DNA of 64,000 nucleotides from Escherichia coli (GTDB lineage Bacteria; Pseudomonadota; Gammaproteobacteria; Enterobacterales; Enterobacteriaceae): NCBI RefSeq assembly GCF_013122565.1, contig NZ_CP053258.1; one strand, 5' to 3'. Shown piece by piece: positions 56,401 to 64,000 of this stretch (position 1 is its first letter; each line of letters starts with the position of its first letter). The notes under the pieces were generated by a model. It saw only the letters and a program-made list of their open reading frames with translations, ran no database searches and was not told where the DNA came from. The position numbers and the translations under genes were made by a program.

Positions 56401-56928
56401 ATGGATGATCTGACGATAGAGATTCTGACCGATGATGCAGATTATGATCTACAGCGATTCGACTGCGGCGAGGAAGCGTTAAATCTCTTTCTGACGACAC
56501 ATCTAGTTCGTCAACATCGCAACAAAATTCTGCGAGCGTATATCCTTTGTCGCAACACTCCAGAACGTCAGGTGCTGGGATATTACACATTATCCGGCAG
56601 TTGTTTTGAACGAGCCGCATTGCCCTCGAAATCGAAACAGAAAAAAATTCCCTACAAAAATATTCCCAGCGTCACTCTTGGGCGTATGGCAATTGATCGT
56701 TCATTACAGGGGCAGGGATGGGGAGCAACACTGGTTGCTCATGCCATGAAAGTCGTCTGGTCAGCCTCTTTAGCAGTAGGTATTCATGGTCTTTTTGTAG
56801 AGGCGCTGAATGAAAAAGCCCATACGTTTTATAAATCGCTGGGCTTTATCCCGTTGGTCGGAGAAAACGAAAATGCGTTATTTTTCCCAACCAAATCCAT
56901 TGAACTGCTTTTTACACAGAGCGATTAA
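56401..56928 (+). CDS. GNAT-family acetyltransferase toxin (175 aa), AtaT/TacT/ItaT-like putative aminoacyl-tRNA acetyltransferase
   Basis: Acetyl-CoA binding signature (RMAIDRSLQGQGWGATLVAHAM); paired with the DUF1778 gene. Confidence 0.6.
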   Translation: MDDLTIEILTDDADYDLQRFDCGEEALNLFLTTHLVRQHRNKILRAYILCRNTPERQVLGYYTLSGSCFERAALPSKSKQKKIPYKNIPSVTLGRMAIDRSLQGQGWGATLVAHAMKVVWSASLAVGIHGLFVEALNEKAHTFYKSLGFIPLVGENENALFFPTKSIELLFTQSD

Positions 56929-57308
56929 CGCTTCTCCCAGCCGCCCTGTTGTGCCGTAAACCCCAGTGCCTGCATAAACGCTGTCATCACACCGCGATCT
57001 TCCACGCCTGCATCCGCCATCCACCAGCATGAAACGCCAGGATTGTTACGCAAAACCTCTTCCAGCAGATATTGCCCCACACCGCGACGGCGGGTGACTT
57101 CCCGCACGCGTAGAGATTCTAGTGCCCCCTCGGTGCCGCTTAAGGTTACCCGCACGGCCGCAAGCAGGCGCTCGTTAAAACGCGCGGCGTAGATGCGGTG
57201 GTTATCGTCAACCTGTAAAGAGGAAGGGGAATACTCCGGCCAGATCTTTTGCAGGTCAATCCGGTCCTGGTCGCTAAAGTTTTCTAATCGAATGATGGTC
57301 AGCTTCAT
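56925..57308 (-). CDS. panM: PanD maturation factor PanM/PanZ (GNAT fold, 127 aa)
   Basis: Translation MKLTIIRLENFSDQDRIDLQKIW... matches PanM (formerly YhhK). Confidence 0.85.
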   Translation of the reverse strand: MKLTIIRLENFSDQDRIDLQKIWPEYSPSSLQVDDNHRIYAARFNERLLAAVRVTLSGTEGALESLRVREVTRRRGVGQYLLEEVLRNNPGVSCWWMADAGVEDRGVMTAFMQALGFTAQQGGWEKR

Positions 57309-57731
57309 GGGTAACCCGTGTAAATCACAAAAGTGGAACCAGTGTAGCGAAATAATTTAATCGGAGGCTTTCTCTTTTTTCTTTCTTTTGGCAGGTGATT
57401 AATTTTTTAACAGCAATAATTACAAAGTTAAAACATTAGAGAATGAAAAATACCCAGCATAATCCCCTGAATAGTAGTGAATTATTCCGCCCTTTGTGCC
57501 GTTATTTTATGCTGACAAAGGCACTTTTTTCTGTTTATCTATCAATAAATTCAGAATATTATCTGTTCTTAATCGACTGAAAAATAGGGATTTTAATCGC
57601 TATTATCACAAAATACTGCGCTAAACCCTTAATCAGACAGGCAAAAACAGTGCAGTATAAAAAAAGAACAGTCTGATTTGTTAACACATAAAAACAAAGC
57701 AACACAACATCACGAATGGGGATTTTTGACT

Positions 57732-58841
57732 ATGAAACGGAATGCGAAAACTATCATCGCAGGGATGATTGCACTGGCAATTTCACACACCGCTATAGCT
57801 GACGATATTAAAGTCGCCGTTGTCGGCGCGATGTCCGGCCCGATTGCCCAGTGGGGCGATATGGAATTTAACGGCGCGCGTCAGGCGATTAAAGACATTA
57901 ATGCCAAAGGGGGAATTAAGGGCGACAAGCTGGTGGGCGTGGAATATGACGACGCCTGCGACCCGAAACAAGCCGTTGCGGTCGCCAACAAAATCGTTAA
58001 CGACGGCATTAAATACGTTATTGGTCATCTGTGTTCTTCTTCTACCCAACCTGCATCAGATATTTACGAAGACGAAGGTATTCTGATGATCTCGCCGGGA
58101 GCGACCAACCCGGAGCTGACTCAACGCGGTTATCAACACATTATGCGTACTGCCGGGCTGGACTCTTCCCAGGGGCCAACGGCGGCAAAATACATTCTTG
58201 AGACGGTGAAGCCCCAGCGCATCGCCATCATTCACGACAAACAACAGTATGGCGAAGGGCTGGCACGTTCGGTGCAGGACGGGCTGAAAGCGGCTAACGC
58301 CAACGTCGTCTTCTTCGACGGCATTACCGCTGGCGAGAAAGATTTCTCCGCGCTGATCGCCCGCCTGAAAAAAGAAAACATCGACTTCGTTTATTACGGC
58401 GGTTACTACCCGGAAATGGGGCAGATGCTGCGCCAGGCCCGTTCCGTTGGCCTGAAAACCCAGTTTATGGGGCCGGAAGGTGTGGGTAATGCGTCGCTGT
58501 CGAATATTGCTGGCGATGCTGCCGAAGGCATGTTGGTCACTATGCCAAAACGCTATGACCAGGATCCGGCAAACAAAGGCATCGTTGATGCGCTGAAAGC
58601 AGACAAGAAAGATCCGTCCGGGCCTTATGTTTGGATCACTTATGCGGCGGTGCAATCTCTGGCGACTGCCCTTGAGCGTACCGGCAGCGATGAGCCGCTG
58701 GCGCTGGTGAAAGATTTAAAAGCTAACGGTGCAAACACCGTGATTGGGCCGCTGAACTGGGATGAAAAAGGCGATCTTAAGGGATTTGATTTTGGTGTCT
58801 TCCAGTGGCACGCCGACGGTTCATCCACGGCAGCCAAGTGA
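57732..58841 (+). CDS. livK: Leucine-specific periplasmic binding protein LivK (369 aa from [11 protein letters not shown])
   Basis: Paralog of LivJ; first gene of livKHMGF. Confidence 0.9.
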   Translation: MKRNAKTIIAGMIALAISHTAIADDIKVAVVGAMSGPIAQWGDMEFNGARQAIKDINAKGGIKGDKLVGVEYDDACDPKQAVAVANKIVNDGIKYVIGHLCSSSTQPASDIYEDEGILMISPGATNPELTQRGYQHIMRTAGLDSSQGPTAAKYILETVKPQRIAIIHDKQQYGEGLARSVQDGLKAANANVVFFDGITAGEKDFSALIARLKKENIDFVYYGGYYPEMGQMLRQARSVGLKTQFMGPEGVGNASLSNIAGDAAEGMLVTMPKRYDQDPANKGIVDALKADKKDPSGPYVWITYAAVQSLATALERTGSDEPLALVKDLKANGANTVIGPLNWDEKGDLKGFDFGVFQWHADGSSTAAK

Positions 58842-58888
58842 TCATCCCACCGCCCGTGAAATGCGGGCGGGTTTAGAAAGGTTACCTT

Positions 58889-59815
58889 ATGTCTGAGCAG
58901 TTTTTATATTTCTTGCAGCAGATGTTTAACGGCGTCACGCTGGGCAGTACCTACGCGCTGATAGCCATCGGCTACACCATGGTTTACGGCATTATCGGCA
59001 TGATCAACTTCGCCCACGGCGAGGTTTACATGATCGGCAGCTACGTCTCATTTATGATCATCGCCGCACTGATGATGCTGGGCATTGATACCGGCTGGCT
59101 GCTGGTGGCGGCGGGATTCGTCGGCGCAATCGTCATCGCCAGCGCCTACGGCTGGAGTATCGAACGGGTGGCCTATCGCCCGGTGCGCAACTCCAAGCGC
59201 CTGATTGCGCTCATCTCGGCAATCGGTATGTCCATCTTCCTGCAAAACTACGTCAGCCTGACCGAAGGTTCGCGCGACGTGGCGCTGCCGAGCCTGTTTA
59301 ACGGGCAGTGGGTGGTGGGCCATAGCGAAAACTTCTCTGCCTCTATTACCACCATGCAGGCGGTGATCTGGATTGTTACTTTCCTCGCCATGCTGGCGCT
59401 GACGATTTTCATTCGTTATTCCCGTATGGGGCGCGCCTGCCGTGCCTGCGCGGAAGATCTGAAAATGGCGAGTCTGCTTGGCATTAACACCGACCGGGTG
59501 ATTGCGCTGACCTTTGTGATTGGTGCGGCGATGGCGGCGGTGGCGGGCGTACTGCTCGGTCAGTTCTACGGTGTGATTAACCCCTATATCGGCTTTATGG
59601 CCGGGATGAAAGCCTTTACCGCTGCGGTGCTCGGTGGGATTGGCAGCATTCCGGGAGCGATGATTGGCGGGCTGATCCTGGGGATTGCGGAGGCGCTCTC
59701 TTCTGCCTATCTGAGTACGGAATATAAAGATGTGGTCTCATTCGCCCTGCTGATCCTGGTGCTGTTGGTGATGCCGACCGGTATTCTGGGTCGCCCGGAG
59801 GTAGAGAAAGTATGA
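58889..59815 (+). CDS. livH: Branched-chain amino acid ABC permease LivH (308 aa)
   Basis: Membrane permease; operon order. Confidence 0.95.
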   Translation: MSEQFLYFLQQMFNGVTLGSTYALIAIGYTMVYGIIGMINFAHGEVYMIGSYVSFMIIAALMMLGIDTGWLLVAAGFVGAIVIASAYGWSIERVAYRPVRNSKRLIALISAIGMSIFLQNYVSLTEGSRDVALPSLFNGQWVVGHSENFSASITTMQAVIWIVTFLAMLALTIFIRYSRMGRACRACAEDLKMASLLGINTDRVIALTFVIGAAMAAVAGVLLGQFYGVINPYIGFMAGMKAFTAAVLGGIGSIPGAMIGGLILGIAEALSSAYLSTEYKDVVSFALLILVLLVMPTGILGRPEVEKV

Positions 59816-61089
59816 AACCGATGCATATTGCAATGGCGCTGCTCTCTGCCGCGATGTTTTTTGTCCTGGCGGGCGTCTTTATGGGCGTGCAACTGGAGCT
59901 GGATGGCACCAAACTGGTGGTCGATAGCGCTTCGGATGTCCGTTGGCAGTGGGTGTTTATCGGCACGGCGGTGGTCTTTTTCTTCCAGCTTTTGCGACCG
60001 GCTTTCCAGAAAGGGCTGAAAAGCGTTTCCGGACCGAAGTTTATTCTGCCCGCGATTGATGGCTCCACGGTGAAACAGAAACTGTTCCTCGTGGCGCTGT
60101 TGGTGCTTGCGGTGGCGTGGCCGTTTATGGTGTCGCGCGGGACGGTGGATATCGCCACCCTGACCATGATCTACATTATCCTCGGCCTCGGGCTGAACGT
60201 GGTTGTTGGTCTTTCTGGTCTGCTGGTGCTGGGGTACGGCGGCTTTTACGCCATCGGCGCTTACACCTTTGCGCTGCTCAATCACTATTACGGCCTGGGC
60301 TTCTGGACCTGTCTGCCGATTGCCGGGTTAATGGCAGCGGCGGCGGGCTTCCTGCTCGGCTTCCCGGTGTTGCGTTTACGTGGCGACTATCTGGCGATCG
60401 TTACCCTCGGTTTCGGCGAAATTGTGCGCATATTGCTGCTCAATAACACTGAAATCACCGGTGGCCCGAACGGAATTAGTCAGATCCCGAAACCGACTTT
60501 CTTCGGCCTCGAGTTCAGCCGTACCGCCCGCGAAGGCGGCTGGGACACGTTCAGTAATTTCTTTGGCCTGAAATACGATCCCTCCGATCGCGTTATCTTC
60601 CTGTACCTGGTGGCGTTGCTGCTGGTGGTATTAAGCCTGTTTGTCATTAACCGCCTGCTGCGGATGCCGCTGGGCCGTGCGTGGGAAGCGTTGCGTGAAG
60701 ACGAGATCGCCTGCCGTTCGCTGGGCTTAAGCCCGCGTCGTATCAAGCTGACTGCCTTTACCATCAGCGCCGCGTTTGCCGGTTTTGCCGGAACGCTGTT
60801 TGCGGCGCGTCAGGGCTTTGTCAGCCCGGAATCCTTCACCTTTGCTGAATCAGCCTTTGTGCTGGCGATAGTGGTGCTCGGCGGTATGGGCTCGCAATTT
60901 GCGGTAATTCTGGCGGCAATTTTGCTGGTGGTGTCGCGCGAATTGATGCGTGATTTCAACGAATACAGCATGTTAATGCTCGGTGGTTTGATGGTGCTGA
61001 TGATGATCTGGCGTCCGCAGGGCTTGCTGCCCATGACGCGCCCGCAACTCAAGCTGAAAAACGGCGCAGCAAAAGGAGAGCAGGCATGA
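59812..61089 (+). CDS. livM: Branched-chain amino acid ABC permease LivM (425 aa)
   Basis: Membrane permease; 4-nt overlap with livH. Confidence 0.95.
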   Translation: MKPMHIAMALLSAAMFFVLAGVFMGVQLELDGTKLVVDSASDVRWQWVFIGTAVVFFFQLLRPAFQKGLKSVSGPKFILPAIDGSTVKQKLFLVALLVLAVAWPFMVSRGTVDIATLTMIYIILGLGLNVVVGLSGLLVLGYGGFYAIGAYTFALLNHYYGLGFWTCLPIAGLMAAAAGFLLGFPVLRLRGDYLAIVTLGFGEIVRILLLNNTEITGGPNGISQIPKPTFFGLEFSRTAREGGWDTFSNFFGLKYDPSDRVIFLYLVALLLVVLSLFVINRLLRMPLGRAWEALREDEIACRSLGLSPRRIKLTAFTISAAFAGFAGTLFAARQGFVSPESFTFAESAFVLAIVVLGGMGSQFAVILAAILLVVSRELMRDFNEYSMLMLGGLMVLMMIWRPQGLLPMTRPQLKLKNGAAKGEQA

Positions 61090-61853
61090 GTCAGCCATTA
61101 TTATCTGTTAACGGTCTGATGATGCGCTTCGGCGGCCTGCTGGCGGTGAACAACGTCAATCTTGAGCTGTACCCGCAGGAGATCGTCTCGTTAATCGGCC
61201 CTAACGGTGCCGGAAAAACCACGGTTTTTAACTGTCTGACCGGATTCTACAAACCCACCGGCGGCACCATTTTACTGCGCGATCAGCACCTGGAAGGTTT
61301 ACCGGGGCAGCAAATTGCCCGCATGGGCGTGGTGCGCACCTTCCAGCATGTGCGTCTGTTCCGTGAAATGACGGTAATTGAAAACCTGCTGGTGGCACAG
61401 CATCAGCAACTGAAAACCGGGCTGTTCTCTGGCCTGTTGAAAACGCCTTCTTTCCGTCGCGCCCAGAGCGAAGCGCTCGACCGCGCCGCCACCTGGCTTG
61501 AGCGCATTGGTTTGCTGGAACACGCCAACCGTCAGGCGAGCAACCTGGCCTATGGCGACCAGCGTCGTCTGGAGATCGCCCGCTGCATGGTGACGCAGCC
61601 GGAGATTTTAATGCTCGACGAACCGGCAGCGGGTCTTAACCCGAAAGAGACGAAAGAGCTGGATGAGCTGATTGCCGAACTGCGTAACCATCACAACACC
61701 ACTATCTTGTTGATTGAACACGATATGAAGCTGGTGATGGGGATTTCAGACAGAATTTACGTGGTCAACCAGGGGACGCCGCTGGCAAACGGTACGCCGG
61801 AGCAGATCCGTAATAACCCGGACGTGATCCGTGCCTATTTAGGTGAGGCATAA
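61086..61853 (+). CDS. livG: Branched-chain amino acid ABC ATPase LivG (255 aa)
   Basis: Walker [10 protein letters not shown]. Confidence 0.95.
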   Translation: MSQPLLSVNGLMMRFGGLLAVNNVNLELYPQEIVSLIGPNGAGKTTVFNCLTGFYKPTGGTILLRDQHLEGLPGQQIARMGVVRTFQHVRLFREMTVIENLLVAQHQQLKTGLFSGLLKTPSFRRAQSEALDRAATWLERIGLLEHANRQASNLAYGDQRRLEIARCMVTQPEILMLDEPAAGLNPKETKELDELIAELRNHHNTTILLIEHDMKLVMGISDRIYVVNQGTPLANGTPEQIRNNPDVIRAYLGEA

Positions 61854-61854
61854 G

Positions 61855-62568
61855 ATGGAAAAAGTCATGTTGTCCTTTGACAAAGTCAGCGCCCACTACG
61901 GTAAAATCCAGGCGCTGCATGAGGTGAGCCTGCATATCAATCAGGGCGAGATTGTTACCCTGATTGGCGCGAACGGGGCGGGAAAAACCACCTTGCTCGG
62001 CACATTATGCGGCGATCCGCGCGCCACCAGCGGGCGAATTGTGTTTGATGATAAAGACATTACCGACTGGCAGACGGCGAAAATCATGCGCGAAGCGGTA
62101 GCGATTGTCCCGGAAGGGCGTCGCGTCTTCTCGCGCATGACGGTGGAAGAGAATCTGGCGATGGGCGGCTTTTTTGCCGAACGCGACCAGTTTCAGGAGC
62201 GCATAAAGTGGGTATATGAACTGTTTCCACGTCTGCATGAGCGCCGTGTTCAGCGGGCAGGCACCATGTCCGGCGGTGAGCAGCAGATGCTGGCGATTGG
62301 TCGCGCGCTGATGAGCAATCCGCGTTTGTTGTTACTTGATGAGCCATCGCTCGGTCTTGCGCCGATTATCATCCAGCAAATTTTCGACACCATCGAGCAG
62401 CTGCGCGAGCAGGGGATGACTATCTTCCTCGTCGAGCAGAACGCCAACCAGGCGCTGAAGCTGGCGGATCGCGGCTACGTGCTGGAAAACGGTCATGTGG
62501 TGCTTTCCGATACCGGCGACGCGCTACTGGCGAACGAAGCGGTGAGAAGCGCGTATTTGGGCGGGTGA
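61855..62568 (+). CDS. livF: Branched-chain amino acid ABC ATPase LivF (237 aa from MEKVMLSF)
   Basis: Walker A GANGAGKTT, LSGGEQQ signature. Confidence 0.95.
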   Translation: MEKVMLSFDKVSAHYGKIQALHEVSLHINQGEIVTLIGANGAGKTTLLGTLCGDPRATSGRIVFDDKDITDWQTAKIMREAVAIVPEGRRVFSRMTVEENLAMGGFFAERDQFQERIKWVYELFPRLHERRVQRAGTMSGGEQQMLAIGRALMSNPRLLLLDEPSLGLAPIIIQQIFDTIEQLREQGMTIFLVEQNANQALKLADRGYVLENGHVVLSDTGDALLANEAVRSAYLGG

Positions 62569-62686
62569 TTTATCAATAACCCGGCAGCTAAGTTCTGCCG
62601 GGTTATTTGTCTGTATACAGACTTGTTTCAACTGACCGGGAGGATTAAAAACTGTCCACTTATTTGCCACGGAAAGGTTCCCTCCC

Positions 62687-63433
62687 ATGCATTATGCCGT
62701 TGTCGCCATGCTTGAAATGCTTTGCTGTATCCACGCTTACCGTACCGGACAAGAGCGATATTGGTTTTTTATCATCTTCTGTTTTCCAGTGATTGGCTGC
62801 GTAGCGTATTTTGTCATGGTGATGCTGCCAGAAACGGGCGCTGACCGTCACGGGCGTACCTTTCTGATGCGCCTGCAGAACAAACTCAACCCTGAGCGCC
62901 ACCTGCGCAAATTAACCGAAGAACTGGCGATTGCCGAGACGAATCAAAACCATTATGCGTTGGCTAATGAACTGGCGCGTCTGGGGCGTTATCACGAAGC
63001 CGTTCCCCATTATCAGCAGGCGTTAAGCGGGATATTCGCCCATGAAGCGGCAATGATGCTAAGCCTGGCGCAGGCACAGTTTGCTATTCAGGAGTTTGCC
63101 GCCTGTCAGCAGACGCTGGAAGATGTGATGCGTTATAACCCTGATTTTCAGTCGGCAGACGGGCATTTGTTATTTGCCAGAACGTTAGCCGCACAAGAAA
63201 AATACGCTGATGCGGAAAGTGAGTTTGAAGTGTTGGTTTCTTATTACCCCGGCCCGCAGGCGCGTATTTACTATGCGGAAATGCTGGCGAAAATGAGTCG
63301 GTTACGTGAAGCCAACGAGCAGTATGTTGCTGTAGTTGATACGGCTAAACGCTCAAGACCTCATTATAGAAAACACCACCGGGAATGGATTAAGACCGCC
63401 AATGAACGGTTGAAGCAGAGTGTGGTGCAATGA
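62687..63433 (+). CDS. Hypothetical protein: N-terminal two-helix membrane segment resembling a PLD-nuclease N-terminal (PLDc_N) domain, followed by a helical TPR-like soluble domain (248 aa)
   Basis: N-terminus YWFFIIFCFPVIGCVAYFVMV is hydrophobic; remainder is Ala/Leu/Gln-rich helical repeats; codon usage like neighbouring genes; I do not recall an annotated gene between livF and ugpB in K-12. Confidence 0.45.
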   Translation: MHYAVVAMLEMLCCIHAYRTGQERYWFFIIFCFPVIGCVAYFVMVMLPETGADRHGRTFLMRLQNKLNPERHLRKLTEELAIAETNQNHYALANELARLGRYHEAVPHYQQALSGIFAHEAAMMLSLAQAQFAIQEFAACQQTLEDVMRYNPDFQSADGHLLFARTLAAQEKYADAESEFEVLVSYYPGPQARIYYAEMLAKMSRLREANEQYVAVVDTAKRSRPHYRKHHREWIKTANERLKQSVVQ

Positions 63434-63656
63434 AAATCTTCTTTGCCGTTAGGCCAGTGTCGCGGCAATCTTTTGTTAAAATTGAAAAATGTAGCTTTCA
63501 TCGGGCAGCAAAACTGGACGCAGAATTTGCTGCCATTTTTGCTCTTCATGGTAAGGAGTTCTGGCGATTAGCTGGCCGTTAATCGCCTCTTTTCAGTGCA
63601 TTCTCGGGATATCCGTGCCCCATCTCCCATTTTCCCTCACCCGTACCGTCACCGCC

Positions 63657-63676
63657 TTGTCATCTTTCTGACACCT
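63657..63676 (+). promoter_or_regulatory. Pho box (PhoB binding site) of the ugpB promoter
   Basis: TTGTCATCTTTCTGACAC: two CTGTCA-like 7-bp half sites at the expected spacing, about 120 bp upstream of ugpB. Confidence 0.55.
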
Positions 63677-63792
63677 TACTATCTTACAAATGTAACAAAA
63701 AAGTTATTTTTCTGTAATTCGAGCATGTCATGTTACCCCGCGAGCATAAAACGCGTGAATTCGCGCATTCGGTACAACAAGAGAGATAAACG

Positions 63793-64000
63793 ATGAAACC
63801 GTTACATTATACAGCTTCAGCACTGGCGCTCGGACTGGCGTTAATGGGGAATGCACAGGCAGTGACGACCATTCCGTTCTGGCATTCTATGGAAGGGGAA
63901 CTGGGTAAAGAGGTGGATTCTCTGGCCCAACGTTTTAACGCCGAAAACCCGGATTACAAAATTGTACCGACCTATAAAGGCAACTACGAACAGAATTTAA
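63793..64000 (+). CDS. ugpB: sn-glycerol-3-phosphate periplasmic binding protein UgpB, N-terminal part (truncated by the window end)
   Basis: Translation [58 protein letters not shown] matches UgpB. Confidence 0.9.
   Translation, partial: MKPLHYTASALALGLALMGNAQAVTTIPFWHSMEGELGKEVDSLAQRFNAENPDYKIVPTYKGNYEQNL

Overview
This window is Escherichia coli chromosome (K-12-like backbone, given in the reverse of K-12 orientation). It runs from the acid-fitness island (gadE, hdeD, hdeAB, yhiD, dctR, slp, yhiS) through arsRBC, gor, rlmJ, prlC, rsmJ, dtpB, uspAB, pitA, yhiN, yhiM, yhiL/yhiJ, yhiI-rbbA-yhhJ, nikABCDE-nikR, acpT, yhhT, yhhS, dcrB, yhhQ, tusA, zntA, yhhN/M/L, rsmD, ftsYEX, rpoH, livJ, panM and livKHMGF to the start of ugpB. 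All gene identities come from reading the translated ORFs and comparing them with E. coli proteins from memory; no database search was run. The backbone is ordinary core genome. What stands out is a set of small differences from the K-12 gene order as I recall it: (1) an IS200/IS605-family element (tnpB plus a frameshifted tnpA) inserted between arsR and gor at the dinQ locus; (2) a HicA/HicB-like pair where K-12 has rhsB-yhhH-yhhI; (3) a DUF1778/GNAT toxin-antitoxin-like pair between livJ and panM; (4) two unannotated ORFs between tusA and zntA; (5) a 248-aa membrane/TPR-like ORF between livF and ugpB; (6) intact yhiS and yhiL, which are disrupted in K-12. The most interesting candidate for an undescribed function is the AT-rich tandem pair of ~540-aa paralogs (yhiL-like and yhiJ), which share a motif series resembling a calcineurin-like metallophosphoesterase. 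No rRNA, tRNA or CRISPR array was seen.
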